Source: Candidatus Latescibacterota bacterium (lineage in GTDB: Bacteria; Latescibacterota; UBA2968). Taken from it: a stretch of 64,000 nt of DNA. Position numbers and translations under genes: made by a program. The stretch is from the NCBI GenBank assembly GCA_965205975.1, contig OZ242195.1, positions 4,352,001 to 4,416,000 of the forward strand, in the 5' to 3' direction. The notes under the pieces are model-generated. The model did no database searches and was not told where the DNA came from. It saw only the letters and a program-made list of their open reading frames with translations. Positions 43,527 through 53,346 of the stretch are shown here, piece by piece; within the stretch, counting starts at the first letter, position 1, and each line of letters begins with the position of its first letter.

Positions 43527-43602
43527 CTGGACACCTGCTTAAGGCATGCAGGCGTGACGAGAGGCCGGTGTCATCGCGGCATGGTGTTAAGCCGCGATCC
43601 AG
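43527..43602. repeat. Inverted doublet of GTCA-type REP-like hairpins
   Basis: CTGGACACCTGC-loop-GCAGGCGTGAC and GTCATCGCGGC-loop-GCCGCGATCCAG. Confidence 0.6.
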
Positions 43603-43622
43603 AAGGTTTTTGTCATTATTGT

Positions 43623-44267
43623 CTATAGGCCCAATGTTTGCTTTGCCTGGTTTGTGGGGAACCGGGCATTTTCAACGTCTGATTGCACATGCAATACCTG
43701 CCACATGGGTCCGTTTGCCGCGAGTGCCTTGCCGATGGCTTTTACCGCGTCTTCTGTTGTCAACGCCGTGTCGCCATCTCCGTCTATGTCTCCAAATCGC
43801 AAGCAGGTTACGCGGACGGAGTGCTCTCGCGCAAATTCTCGGCAGGTAAACTCACCCAGGTAGCGCGCCATGGGCCCCGATTCTGTTGTGGGTCTCGGTG
43901 CCCAGACTTCTGTGACGTTCCAGTTGGGGTCGCATGACGCGAATAGGCTGAGGGAACTGATATAGATGACGTGGGGGACGTTTTTCTCCCGTGCTGCGTG
44001 CATGATGTTATAAGTACATCGGGTTTGAAAGTCTATTTCCCGTTCGTCATTTTTCAGTTCTTCGGGCAGTTCCGCGAGGTGCACTATGGCGTCCATTCCC
44101 TGTACGAGGGTTTCTGTTTCTCCTTCGTGCCCGAGTTCGCATTTAACAAAGTCGCAATCTGTTTCTACATCCACGAGATCTGTCAATACGACGTTGTGTT
44201 CTTTTGCCAATTCTGCTGATAGTGCCCGGGATAGTGCTGTTTTGCCCGAGGTGATCAATACGTTCAT
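43623..44267 (-). CDS. Degenerate NAD-dependent epimerase-family protein
   Basis: Rossmann-like (GMDAIVHLA, YISS) but TSGKTALS and GPMARY replace GxxGxxG and YxxxK. Confidence 0.75.
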   Translation of the reverse strand: MNVLITSGKTALSRALSAELAKEHNVVLTDLVDVETDCDFVKCELGHEGETETLVQGMDAIVHLAELPEELKNDEREIDFQTRCTYNIMHAAREKNVPHVIYISSLSLFASCDPNWNVTEVWAPRPTTESGPMARYLGEFTCREFAREHSVRVTCLRFGDIDGDGDTALTTEDAVKAIGKALAANGPMWQVLHVQSDVENARFPTNQAKQTLGL

Positions 44268-44285
44268 GGATTGCTCCTGTTTTTA

Positions 44286-45134
44286 TTAGACGTAGCGTCC
44301 GATATTTGCTTCGTCGTAGTATTTATTCACATTTGGTATTTCGCGCATGCCGTGCCAGACGCCGCGGAACAGGGTTTGTCGCTTTGGGGGCATGGCGGTA
44401 ATGACTTCAGGCGGTGGGCATTTTTTGCCCCATTTTGCATTTACGGTGTTGTAACAGGTGAATAGGCTCAATCGGTCCCATTCTTCGTTGCCCCATGTTG
44501 TGCCCGTATGGCACAGGGCTTCGGTGAAGATTACTGCGGATCCCGCAACGCATGAATACGTGTCCCACAGGTCGCTTTCGCGTCCACTCAGGGTTTCGGG
44601 TCGCGGGAATGCGGCTTTGTGACTGCCCGATAAGAACATGGTGCCGTCGCCTTTTCGCACTTCATTCAATTCCCAGACGACGCGGATCAATCCCGCGTGA
44701 ATTTTCCCGGGTTGCATTTGATAGATGTGCGAGTTGCCGCAGAAGTTGAAGTATCCACCTCCGCCATGGGGTCGGAAGTTGTCGTGACCGGCTCGTCGAT
44801 GGCTGGTGTACGTATGGTCGAACCGAAATCCGTAGCAGTCTTCGGTTGCCAGTGCCTGATGTGAGATGATTTCGTTTAATACACCGACCACAGCCGGGTG
44901 GTCGAGTAGTATTTGCGATGCGCCGCCGTGATTGTCGCGTTCGTCAGGGGGCAGTGATTCGCTTTCGTTCAGAAGTTTCATCTGGTGTTCGCGTATGGGG
45001 ATGAGTTCTTCTTCACTGAGCAAGCCGGGTAAGCAAATCCATCCCTTGAGGTCAAATGTGTATTTCTGCTCTTCACTCATGGGCGCGACGGGCAAGCCGT
45101 CGGCATTGGTCGTGGGTAATAATGGGTTTGACAT
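44286..45134 (-). CDS. PhyH-family Fe/2OG enzyme with HxG motif
   Basis: FDLKGW, PHGGG, GSHK, EALCH..R. Confidence 0.82.
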   Translation of the reverse strand: MSNPLLPTTNADGLPVAPMSEEQKYTFDLKGWICLPGLLSEEELIPIREHQMKLLNESESLPPDERDNHGGASQILLDHPAVVGVLNEIISHQALATEDCYGFRFDHTYTSHRRAGHDNFRPHGGGGYFNFCGNSHIYQMQPGKIHAGLIRVVWELNEVRKGDGTMFLSGSHKAAFPRPETLSGRESDLWDTYSCVAGSAVIFTEALCHTGTTWGNEEWDRLSLFTCYNTVNAKWGKKCPPPEVITAMPPKRQTLFRGVWHGMREIPNVNKYYDEANIGRYV

Positions 45135-45155
45135 AAAAACGCTCCTGAAAAATGG

Positions 45156-46145
45156 TTATATCCTCAATAATTCCTCCCACTGATCCTCCTCTACCACCAC
45201 CCCTTTCTCCAGACTCTCGCGTCGTATCCGCAACATGCCTTCGCCGGGATAGCGTGCGGATTCGTGAACTTCATGCAGGTCGTCAATGATGCCGTTTACA
45301 ATGCGTTCACATAATTCCCGTCCGTTTAATGATGTGACGTCAATTGCAATATAGGTTTGCGATACGGCGTGTTCATCGCCCTGTGCGCCGATGTCGTGCG
45401 TTGTTTGACCGGCTGATAATAGCGCTGCGAGGGTGTCGAGTACGATCGCGAGTGCCGATCCTTTCCAGTAGCCGATTGGGAGGGCGCGTTTTGAATCGAG
45501 TATGGCACCGGGGTCGCATGTCAGATTGCCCTCTGTATCAAATCCTCCGGCGATAGGCAGAGTCTCTCCTCGCGCTTGCAAGACTTCTAATTTGCCATTG
45601 GAATACTGGCTCATCGCCATGTCCAGGAGGATATGGCCCTCTTTTCTGGGGATGGCCATTGTCATGGGATTGTTTCCAATGCGTTTTTCCGTTGCGCCCC
45701 AGGGCGGCATGAGCGGGGTTGTATTTGTCCAGCACATGCCGATGCATCCCGCGTCGGCGGCTTGCAGGCCATAGGCTCCAGCGCGCATCCAGTGGTTGGT
45801 GTTGCGCAAGCCCACGCATCCCATGCCGTTTGCTTTTGCGATTTCAATTGCGCGTCCCATTGCGAGATGGGCATTGATCAGCCCTATTCCCATTTTGCCA
45901 TCCCATTGTTCTATGACGCCCAGCGCTTTTACGCATTCGGGTTCGGCTGTGCCGTCTAATCGCCCTTCGCTAAGTTTTGCCAGTAGCCCGGGAAATCGGT
46001 TCAGGCCGTGGGAATAGACGCCGTCGCGCTGATTTTCTGCGAATAATCGCCCGCACAATTCCGCGCGGTTCTGTGACAATCCCGCTTTCAGGAGTGCCGC
46101 GACAAATGCCTCTTTTAATTCATTAAAAGGAACCCGTGTTTGCAT
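45156..46145 (-). CDS. yiaK: 3-dehydro-L-gulonate 2-dehydrogenase (2,3-diketo-L-gulonate reductase)
   Basis: DGVYSHGLNRFP, NTNHWMR, MPPWG..GNNP, DMAMSQYS, YWKGS. Confidence 0.9.
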   Translation of the reverse strand: MQTRVPFNELKEAFVAALLKAGLSQNRAELCGRLFAENQRDGVYSHGLNRFPGLLAKLSEGRLDGTAEPECVKALGVIEQWDGKMGIGLINAHLAMGRAIEIAKANGMGCVGLRNTNHWMRAGAYGLQAADAGCIGMCWTNTTPLMPPWGATEKRIGNNPMTMAIPRKEGHILLDMAMSQYSNGKLEVLQARGETLPIAGGFDTEGNLTCDPGAILDSKRALPIGYWKGSALAIVLDTLAALLSAGQTTHDIGAQGDEHAVSQTYIAIDVTSLNGRELCERIVNGIIDDLHEVHESARYPGEGMLRIRRESLEKGVVVEEDQWEELLRI

Positions 46146-46178
46146 CTGATTTTTCCTTATTTAAACATGGATCATGGC

Positions 46179-46204
46179 GTAGGGGACGGTCCCCGTGCCG
46201 TCCC
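46179..46204 (+). repeat. GTAG-type REP
   Basis: GTAGGGGACGGTCCCCGTGCCGTCCC; 23/26 identical to the reverse complement of 26205-26230. Confidence 0.75.
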
Positions 46205-46299
46205 GTGTGTCATCTTACGTAATGTCTATTATAGCAGGTCATGGGGTAGAATGCAACAAAACCGAATCTGTCTTTTCACCTCTCGCGAAGTGGTGTTGA

Positions 46300-46338
46300 A
46301 AAATAAAAACCCACTCGTGTACGAGTGGGAATAAAAAA
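46300..46338 (-). terminator. Rho-independent terminator after the toxin gene
   Basis: CCCACTCGT-AC-ACGAGTGGG followed by a T-run on the minus strand. Confidence 0.7.
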
Positions 46339-46363
46339 TTGCCAGCGGGCCTGTAGGCATTTC

Positions 46364-46621
46364 TTACGGTTTCCTATAAATCTCATGAGTCCCTACTCGA
46401 CGCAGACGGTAGGTATCACCCACGATCTTGAATGTGAATCTGTAACTTCCAGTGACGCGGGCCTCCCAGATATCGGCTTGCCCTCGCATCTTCTGGGTCT
46501 GGAGAGAACCGTGATGTGGATTAGTAAAGAGAAGCGAGAGTTGTTTGTCAACGCGCTCCTGGATGTTCCGTGGCAGTCGCGCATAGTCGCGGTCAAATGA
46601 TTTCTCAGTGACGATTTTCAT
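46364..46621 (-). CDS. RelE/ParE-like toxin
   Basis: NPHHGSLQTQKM..IWEARV..YRFTF..LRRVGTH. Confidence 0.85.
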   Translation of the reverse strand: MKIVTEKSFDRDYARLPRNIQERVDKQLSLLFTNPHHGSLQTQKMRGQADIWEARVTGSYRFTFKIVGDTYRLRRVGTHEIYRKP

Positions 46622-47046
46622 GCACGCTGTTTATGGAGGTGGACAAGGAGACCCTCTGTCGTTTCAAATGCACTGGAAGATCGGCCCTCCCGCTCGTCTC
46701 GCTCAGCTTCCCGCTCGCCTTTCTGCCAGGACTCCAGCCACCAGTACTTTTGTTCTGGATCGATAAGACCTGCTTTAGCAGCCGCGTTGGCCTCTGCCTC
46801 GGTTAATCCTTTGGAATTAAGCATGTCCTCGTTGATGGTCTTGATTTTGTCTTTTGCCCGCGCGAGAATCCGTTGTTCTCTTTTTGAAAGCTCTGGAAGA
46901 CCAGATACCATCTGCTGCGGTATGAGGACGACTTTTCCGTTCTCTTCAATTACCTCAATTACATCACCAACTTTGAGGCCGAGTTTTTCAAATACTGGCT
47001 TGGGAATAGTGATCCGGTGGCTGGAGGTAATTTTCGAATGTGGCAT
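46618..47046 (-). CDS. AbrB/MazE-type antitoxin
   Basis: ITIPK..LGLKVGD; C-terminal QKYWWLESWQKGEREAE. Confidence 0.82.
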   Translation of the reverse strand: MPHSKITSSHRITIPKPVFEKLGLKVGDVIEVIEENGKVVLIPQQMVSGLPELSKREQRILARAKDKIKTINEDMLNSKGLTEAEANAAAKAGLIDPEQKYWWLESWQKGEREAERDEREGRSSSAFETTEGLLVHLHKQRA

Positions 47047-47182
47047 TCCGCGTCTCCTGTTTTGTCATTGCAAGATGATCCTGAACATAGAACAAAATTA
47101 AAAAGCCTCGCAAAAAAGTCAATGGCCTACTGACCATTTCACAGTAAATTGGTCTGGACAGCGACCAGTTGTACAACGTTCC

Positions 47183-48118
47183 TCACGTTACACTTCTCAA
47201 TTTTTCGTACAGGTCCTCTTCCAGCAAGGCGGCACCTGCCCGAGCATTGTCTATGACTTGTTCGACTTTAGTTGCGCCCGGGATGACGACGGGATTGGAT
47301 TTGTGGGAAATGACATACCGGAGAGCGGTTTCCACGAGTTTTGAGTCATCTCCAATAGCTTCTTTGATCGCTTCCAGCTTGTCCAGCATGTCTTCGTATT
47401 CTTCGCGGTCGGATTGTCCCGGGTTCCAATCGTCGCGCACGGTGTCGCCAAATACGCTTTCGCGGTTGTATTTGCCGGATAAGACGCCCTTGGCCAATGG
47501 GCCTCGCACGAGGATGCCCAGGTTTTTTTCTGTGCAGTAATCGAGAAATCCCGCTTCTGGTGCGCGATTGATCAGTGAGTAATCCACTTCCACTACGGCG
47601 CAGACGCCGTTTGATAGTTCATAGAAGTTTTTCAGGACACTGAGGCTGTTGGTCGAAATGCCATAGGTGCGGACAAAACCCTCTTCGCACAGGGTATTAA
47701 ATCCTTCGATGTAAATGGATGGGTCTTCAATGCTACCTTCATGGCATAACATGACGTCGATTCGGTCGGTTTGCATGCGGCCCAGGCAGGCGTGTCCGCA
47801 CAGGCGAATGGCATCAGTGCCCGTTTTTGGCACAGGCGCCCCGGTGCGACTTCCCCAGTTGCCGATTTTGCTCACGATGATCAGTTTGTCGCGCATTGAT
47901 GGGGTCAGGGTTTTGCCGATGCGCAATTCGCTCATGCCGTTGGGGATGCCATAAGATTCGGCGGCGTCCAGCAGGTTCATGCCATTGTCAATCGCGGCTA
48001 ATATAATATCGGTTGCCTCCTGATCGCTCAACTCGCCCCACTGGTTGCCCAGGTTCCAGGTTCCCAATCCTACGACGGAAACACGCCATCCGGTTTTGCC
48101 AAATGTTCGATAGATCAT
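47183..48118 (-). CDS. Aldo/keto reductase
   Basis: MIYRTFGKTG..GLGTW, DAAESYG, PLAKGVL; start trimmed. Confidence 0.9.
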   Translation of the reverse strand: MIYRTFGKTGWRVSVVGLGTWNLGNQWGELSDQEATDIILAAIDNGMNLLDAAESYGIPNGMSELRIGKTLTPSMRDKLIIVSKIGNWGSRTGAPVPKTGTDAIRLCGHACLGRMQTDRIDVMLCHEGSIEDPSIYIEGFNTLCEEGFVRTYGISTNSLSVLKNFYELSNGVCAVVEVDYSLINRAPEAGFLDYCTEKNLGILVRGPLAKGVLSGKYNRESVFGDTVRDDWNPGQSDREEYEDMLDKLEAIKEAIGDDSKLVETALRYVISHKSNPVVIPGATKVEQVIDNARAGAALLEEDLYEKLRSVT

Positions 48119-49254
48119 TTTTGTCTCCTGTTTTTGTTTTTCCAAATGGGATAATCTTTTTCCAAAATTCGCGCGGGCCAGTATCCGTACCATGCATATC
48201 CGGTTCGCCTTTCCAGGGCGACCTGTGATAGAGAATAGACTTTGTTGCCGTCCCGGTTGGCCATGAAGGGGCGGTTTGTACCTATTTCGTGAAAACGCGC
48301 CCACAAAGGCGGGGCGTCCGGGTCTTTGACAACGATCAGGTCTGTGGTCGCGGTGTGATTTCTGAAGCGCGTGGGAGATATTTCGATGCGTTTTAGTCGA
48401 ATGCCTTCTATTTTTGCGTTGTGAAACCATTGTACCGCACTTTCAATTGCGTCTATTATTTCGGGGCTTGGATTTTCAATACGCATTAAAAAATGCACGA
48501 TCTTCGCCGTTTGTCCCGCTGTAATAGACGGCAATTCATAAGTGCGCGCTTTTACGGGTTCATAAGTTATATGGTCGTGTTGTTGACACCATCCCGTTTT
48601 TTTGCCTTTGACGACGATCTGGCATTTCAGGGTTACATCAATTGCCCGGTGCAGTGCGGCTCTGGCTTTGGCGTGTAGTTCATTGCTTGCCCATGCGAAA
48701 TGGGGCTCGCGGTCTGCGATATCTTTCAACAGGGTCATTATGCCAATCATGACACCGTCATTATAAGTAATGGCATCGACATCCCAACCGCGCCATCCAC
48801 CTGTGGGGTGTTGCTCGCGGAATATATAGTCCAGACCCCCTTCGACTGCATTGCGATATTGCGCCAGATTAGTGGCAACGTACACCTTTGCCAGATAGTC
48901 GATCTGTGAGAATGTGTTGTGGTTGTCAAATGTGCTGACCATCCGGCGTTCGCCTTTGATCGCTCTGACTGTATCGGGGGCGATCTGCGCCTGCCAATCT
49001 ACATTGTTGGGCCAACCACCATCTGCGTTCTGGTAAGCGAGCATGTTTTCGGCAATATGGACAATTTGCGAGGGATCGTACATCGGGTCGTTGCGGTCGC
49101 GTCCATATCGCTTGCGCCAGTGGCTCATCCCATCTCGCAATGGGTGAAGGTCAATGGCTTGATATGTCTGAGCTTTGGCTGTTTCAATCCTGTCGTTGGC
49201 TTCACAAAGCCCAATAGCAAAAAAATAAAAGATTAAAAGTGCGGAAATTTTCAC
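48115..49254 (-). CDS. pelA: Secreted pectate lyase, PL10/PelA family
   Basis: Signal peptide; QNADGGWP, STFDN, ITYND, WCQQH, ARTYE, LWARF.E, ERRTGYAW. Confidence 0.9.
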   Translation of the reverse strand: MKISALLIFYFFAIGLCEANDRIETAKAQTYQAIDLHPLRDGMSHWRKRYGRDRNDPMYDPSQIVHIAENMLAYQNADGGWPNNVDWQAQIAPDTVRAIKGERRMVSTFDNHNTFSQIDYLAKVYVATNLAQYRNAVEGGLDYIFREQHPTGGWRGWDVDAITYNDGVMIGIMTLLKDIADREPHFAWASNELHAKARAALHRAIDVTLKCQIVVKGKKTGWCQQHDHITYEPVKARTYELPSITAGQTAKIVHFLMRIENPSPEIIDAIESAVQWFHNAKIEGIRLKRIEISPTRFRNHTATTDLIVVKDPDAPPLWARFHEIGTNRPFMANRDGNKVYSLSQVALERRTGYAWYGYWPARILEKDYPIWKNKNRRQK

Positions 49255-49255
49255 C

Positions 49256-49663
49256 TCATTCTTCCTCTCGATAGCCCAATACCACGAGCAGACACGACCC
49301 GTCGCCGATAACTGAGAGTCCCAATTCTTCTCCCGTTGCTATCGCCTTTGGACTCTCAGCACCGGGTTGCATCCACACGTGTTGAATGCCTGCCTCGTGA
49401 GCTTGAGGGAGTATGGTTTCTGTCACGGGCGGTGGTGTGATGATTGAGATGCCGTAAACGGGTTCGGGGAGTGAATCTATATCGGGGAAACAGGGTTGTC
49501 CCTCGATTTCTGTCTCTTTGGGATTGATGGGATAAGCGGTCAATCCGTGTTGTAGATAACACCGCAGGATCTTGTTACCGTATTTTGCCCGGTCTTGCGA
49601 TGCGCCGACAACGCCGAATGCTTTTCCTTTGAGAAATTCGTCAATTCGTTCTGGGATTGTCAT
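49256..49663 (-). CDS. CoA-binding protein (YccU-like)
   Basis: VVGAS, YPINP, VWMQPG. Confidence 0.88.
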   Translation of the reverse strand: MTIPERIDEFLKGKAFGVVGASQDRAKYGNKILRCYLQHGLTAYPINPKETEIEGQPCFPDIDSLPEPVYGISIITPPPVTETILPQAHEAGIQHVWMQPGAESPKAIATGEELGLSVIGDGSCLLVVLGYREEE

Positions 49664-49931
49664 GCAAGCCTCTTTGATTTAATGGTAGAGATAAAGAAGC
49701 GCGATTGTCAACGGTCATGTTTAAGATATTCGAAATACAGCAGAAAAGCCACGTTGAAAATAAGGTGTTGTCTTAAATTTTCTCTTTTTAACTTTTTTTA
49801 ACTTCTTTGAAATCCGCATGAAATATCTCATCTGTAACATATAAGGCGCAAATGAAAAACTGAAAACGCGTTGAAATGGCTGGTGCTACACAGGCTGATG
49901 CTTAAGCAGATTCACGGGGTTAGATCTTGAT

Positions 49932-52900
49932 ATGATCAATTTACTTAATCGAAAAGGTATCTGGCGGACTTATTCTATGGCCGATGGCCTGTCCGGAATG
50001 CGCGTCGAACACATTGCAGAAGACAGCGAGGGTTGTATCTGGTTCGCCACATGGGATAATGGCGTCAGTCGCTTCGATGGGAACGAATTCCAGAATTTTA
50101 CCAAACAGGATGGTCTTATTGATGATTGTATTATTTTATTGCACAAGACAGTCAGAATCGCTTATGGTTTGGTACCGCAAATGGCGTCTGCTGGTACGAC
50201 GGAGCGGATTTCCACCATTTGAAGGGCGATGGCATTGCAGACCGAGATGTGCGGTGCATCTACGAAGATAATGAGGGCCGTGTATGGTGCTGTGGTACCC
50301 GTACTCTGGGGTATTGCGATGGCACTGCTTTCCACGACATGATTCCGCACTACCTTCAGCACTACAAGCGGCCTCCTTCTCCTAAGTGGCGTCAATGTTG
50401 GGGTATCACTCAGGATTCGCAAGATCACCTGTGGTTTGGCTTCAACTACCTCATCCGCTTTGATGGTGAATCCTTCCATCGCTATGAGAAGAAAGACGGT
50501 TTTCCCCAGGATGGGACCGCATATATGGTAGATACGGACCATACCGGCAAGGTGTGGATTGGTCGGTACGGAAATCGAGATGAACTCTGGTGCTATGCCG
50601 ATGGCACCTTCGAGTCTGTTCAGGTAGATTTAGGTGGTCCACTGCGTAAAATACAGTGTGACCGTGAAGGGCGGATGTGGTTTAGCACTTCGGAAGGGGG
50701 ATTGTATCAGGACAGTGATGGGTTTAGCAGGTTTACCGTTGCTGATGGGCTACCCCATCCCGCAGTCAAATCCGTGCTCCAGGATCGCGATCATCAGTTC
50801 TGGTTTGCCACCTGGGGCGGCGTCGGTCTTTACGATGCACATAGTATCAGCGTTTTTGACCTCGGTAAGACTCTTCCCAAAGACAAAGAGCCGGTCGAGA
50901 TCTCGCAGATCGTGCAAGACCGGCAGGGTGATATATGGGTCGGGTGTGTGTCACCCATTCTCACCTCCCTGAACAAAAGCGTCGCCCGCTTTGATGGCGA
51001 GCACTTTGCTTTTGTAGGCGCCGAGCAAGGCTTTGATATCGACAATTGCCTCTCTATGCACGAGGATCACGAGGGGTATCTGTGGTTTGGCGGTCTCAAC
51101 GGCCTGTTCCGCTACGATGGACAAGCGTTCAAAAAGATGAAAATAGCTGCGGGTTCAGGCGACAGGAGTATCAGTGCAATTGCCCAGGATTCGCAAGGTC
51201 AATTCCTTTTTGGCTATTGGGAAGAGGGCATCTATAAAACCGAATTGAAAAAAAAAGAGCTTTCGGGCAGTCCATTAAAGCTCATTTACCGGCGGGGTGA
51301 GGCATTCCAAACCATTTTTGTAGAGGAAAAAAAGAAAGATGTCTTAGACCGCATTGGCACTGTGGTTGTCGGACGTAACAGCGGGATCTATTTTCATCTA
51401 TCTGAAAAAAAAATTTCAGATACCTACAAGGGCTTCGCGCGCTGGCATCCCGAAGATGGACTTAAATTTTATGGCATTGAAGATGGGCTAATTGACGACA
51501 GGATCACAGATCTTATAGAAGACCACCTGGAGAACCTGTGGATCGCTACTCTGGGTGGTCTTTGTCGTTTTGATGGCAGCACCTTCCAGACCTTCACAAC
51601 GGAAGACGGCTTGCCGAGCAACCGTATCCGTTGCTTGTTCGAGGATCGACAAGGGCATCTCTGGCTCGGCACAGATGGGGGTGTGGCTCACTTTGATGGT
51701 CAGCTTTTTCAGACCATCAATTCGCCGCACATAGGACCGGTTTCTCAGATACTTGAAGATCGCGATGGCAACTTCTGGTTTGGTACTATGCTGGGTTCTA
51801 TCATACGCTACCGGCCGCGACGAGTTCCACCCCGGATTCGTCTGCTCCAGGTGATTGCTGATCGGGTCCATGAGAACTCGGAGGAAGTCATCGTATCTAA
51901 GACAGACCAGAATGTGATTTTTGAGTACAGGGGCCTGAGTTTTTCCACCCATCCCAGCGACATGCTCTATATCTACCGCCTGAAGGGATACGACTCTGAC
52001 TGGCAACCAGCGACTCAAAAAATGCGGACCTATTACCGGGACCTGCCGCCGGGAGACTACACGTTTCAGATCAGAGCTATTGATCGCGACCTCAATTACT
52101 CAGAGATAGCACAGGTACAACTCCTGGTAGAGCCAGATCCGCGTATTGAAGCTCTGACTACTCCAATTAGCGGTCTTAGAGATAACGAGTTTATCGGTCA
52201 GAGCAAGGCTTTGCAACAGTTTCAAACCAAACTCATAGAGGTGGCATCCACTGATATGACGGTGCTATTTCTGGGTGAGACGGGTGTGGGCAAGGGACTG
52301 GTTGCACGGGTGCTACACGAACACAGTGCCCATAGCGATGGGCCTTTTATACAGGTCAACTGCGGTGCATTGCCTGAAACGCTGATAGATAGTGAACTTT
52401 TTGGTCACGAAAAAGGGGCTTTTACCAGCGCAGTGTCTCGCAGGCTGGGCAAGATAGAACTGGCCAGGGGTGGCACACTCTTTTTAGATGAAGTCGGAGA
52501 TATGACTCTGGCAACACAGGCCAGAATGTTGCGCTTGCTGGAAGAGGGCACTTTTGAGCGCGTTGGGGGGAGCGAGATACTGACGGCACAGACGCGGATT
52601 GTGGCAGCGACCAATCGCGACTTGAAGGATATGGTCAAGGAAGGTGAGTTTCGCGAGGACCTCTATTATCGCATCTATGTCTTTCCGCTCTATTTGCCAC
52701 CTTTGCGCGAGCGCAAGGAGGATATACCGCACCTATCTGAGTTTTTCAAGACTCGCATAGCGAAGCATTTGGGCAAGCAAATTGACCCTTTGACACCAGA
52801 GGTTATCGCGGTGCTACAAACCTGCGATTGGTCTGGGAATGTGCGGGAGTTGAAGCATATAATGCAGCGTGCTGTAATTGCGTGTCGCGGATCTCAAATT

Positions 52901-53137
52901 GAAGTGGGTGATCTGGGACTGTATGATTCTCATATCGCTCTTGACCTTGAGATTAATACCATAGATCAAGCCCGCGAAGTCGTGCCTTTGGAGGATTTTG
53001 AACGCCGCTATATCCTCAAAGTGCTCAAAATCACCGATTGGCGGGTAAGCGGTCCTCGGGGCGCAGCAGTTCTGCTGAGATTACCTCCTTCTACTCTGTA
53101 TAGCAAAATCAAAAAATTGGGGATCAAACGTCCCTAA
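49932..53137 (+). pseudogene. Beta-propeller (Reg_prop/Y_Y_Y) sensor fused to a sigma54 AAA+ activator and Fis HTH; frameshifted near 50130
   Basis: ORF 49932 (DGL..IAEDSEGCIWFAT..DGLIDDC) continues in another frame as YFIAQDSQNRLWFGT. It later contains YRLKGYD..W..LPPGDYTF, GETGVGK, ESELFGH-like DSELFGHEKGAFTSA, LFLDEV, FREDLYYR and the HTH. Confidence 0.82.
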
Positions 53138-53160
53138 ATAGTGTATTGATCATTTTTGAT

Positions 53161-53250
53161 AATAGCGATATATCGCTATTTTTATATAACCTGTTGCAAT
53201 AAAAAAATTTATGCATCATTTCGGTTGGTTTTTTATGATATATCGTGAAA
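53161..53250. promoter_or_regulatory. Two palindromic putative enhancer sites
   Basis: AATAGCGATATATCGCTATT (53161-53180, perfect) and TTTTATGATATATCGTGAAA (53231-53250, imperfect). Confidence 0.65.
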
Positions 53251-53286
53251 ATTATGAAATTCAAAGAAATTCAAAATATTCAATAA

Positions 53287-53299
53287 AATCAATATGTTA
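53287..53299 (+). promoter_or_regulatory. IHF-binding consensus
   Basis: AATCAATATGTTA fits WATCAANNNNTTR and lies between the UAS and the sigma54 promoter. Confidence 0.55.
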
Positions 53300-53314
53300 T
53301 ATAAATAATTAGAG

Positions 53315-53331
53315 TTGGCACGGATATTGCT
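53315..53331 (+). promoter_or_regulatory. Sigma54 promoter
   Basis: TTGGCACGGATATTGCT, near-perfect TGGCAC-N5-TTGC. Confidence 0.88.
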
Positions 53332-53346
53332 CTTCTTAGATAGTCT

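Noticed and set aside
47183..48430. Long N-terminal extension of the aldo/keto reductase in the ORF track (similarly for yigZ, acs, higA, ureAB)
   Set aside because: Extensions overlap neighbouring genes or leaders; downstream ATGs match the family starts
51248..51413. Two A9 runs in the activator as phase-variation tracts
   Set aside because: They are in-frame Lys codons and are not the site of the observed frameshift
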